Below are positions 63,912-64,000 of a DNA stretch of 64,000 bases, piece by piece. A model generated the notes under the pieces. It was not told the DNA's origin. It worked only from the letters and a program-made list of their open reading frames with translations, and searched no databases. A program made the position numbers and the translations under genes. The DNA is from an uncultured Bdellovibrionales bacterium (lineage in GTDB: Bacteria; Bdellovibrionota_C; UBA2361; CAYQVO01). Location of the stretch: contig CAYQVO010000014.1 in the NCBI GenBank assembly GCA_964421085.1, forward strand, positions 3,146-67,145. Reading direction: 5' to 3'. Within the stretch, counting starts at the first letter, position 1; each line of letters starts with the position of its first letter.

Positions 63912-64000
63912 ATGTCGGAAACACGCAAAGGTGTTGTCAAGTGGTTCAACGACGCAAAAGGCTTTGGCTTTATTGAGAGTGCAGAAGGCGATGTCTTCGT
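63912..64000 (+). CDS. cspA: Cold-shock protein (CspA family), 5' part; continues beyond the window
   Basis: Not in the ORF track because it is open at the right edge. The ATG at 63912 follows GAAGGAG (63897-63903). The translation MSETRKGVVKWFNDAKGFGFIESAEGDVF contains the RNP1 motif KGFGFI. Confidence 0.9.
   Translation, partial: MSETRKGVVKWFNDAKGFGFIESAEGDVF

Noticed and set aside
1-64000. CRISPR arrays, rRNA genes, IS transposases, prophage structural genes
   Set aside because: I saw no regularly spaced direct repeats, rRNA-like sequence, DDE/HUH transposase motifs or phage capsid/terminase-like ORFs on either strand.

Overview
This looks like a chromosomal segment from an unidentified, moderately GC-rich bacterium; the taxon cannot be assigned from sequence alone. 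The left ~9 kb holds a partial type IV secretion or conjugation-like locus. It has traL-traE-traK-traB on the reverse strand, cut by the window edge. Facing it is a divergent operon with a 676-aa membrane protein of unknown family, a membrane-anchored type IV coupling ATPase, a small ORF, and a sensor-less tandem GGDEF / degenerate-GGDEF protein. The rest is mostly housekeeping: hisS, ileS, argS, tRNA-Pro(CGG), an EF-G paralogue, dapL next to a DapD-like acyltransferase, a PHP histidinol phosphatase, tyrA, dusB, rsmE, a FadB-like enzyme and a cold-shock gene. Envelope and polysaccharide genes are interspersed: an O-antigen-ligase-like protein, two GT-C-like membrane proteins, a GT4, a DUF2334 deacetylase and three FemAB/GNAT paralogues. 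Other accessory genes are a lone tyrosine recombinase, an orphan Mod-type DNA methyltransferase, a large Cys-rich TadE-like protein, a secreted papain-like peptidase and a Kv-like channel. Sequence-level oddities: sodC is interrupted by a 1-nt frameshift in a G5 run. A Ski2/HelY-like helicase is split into two ORFs overlapping in TGATG. There is an A9 tract inside a GNAT gene, an orphan strong terminator hairpin, and a perfect 14-bp inverted repeat in a divergent promoter. I recognised no CRISPR array, rRNA, transposase or prophage genes. The best candidate for something new is the T4SS-linked operon at 3307-9210. All functional calls come from motif reading by eye and need HMM or structure confirmation.
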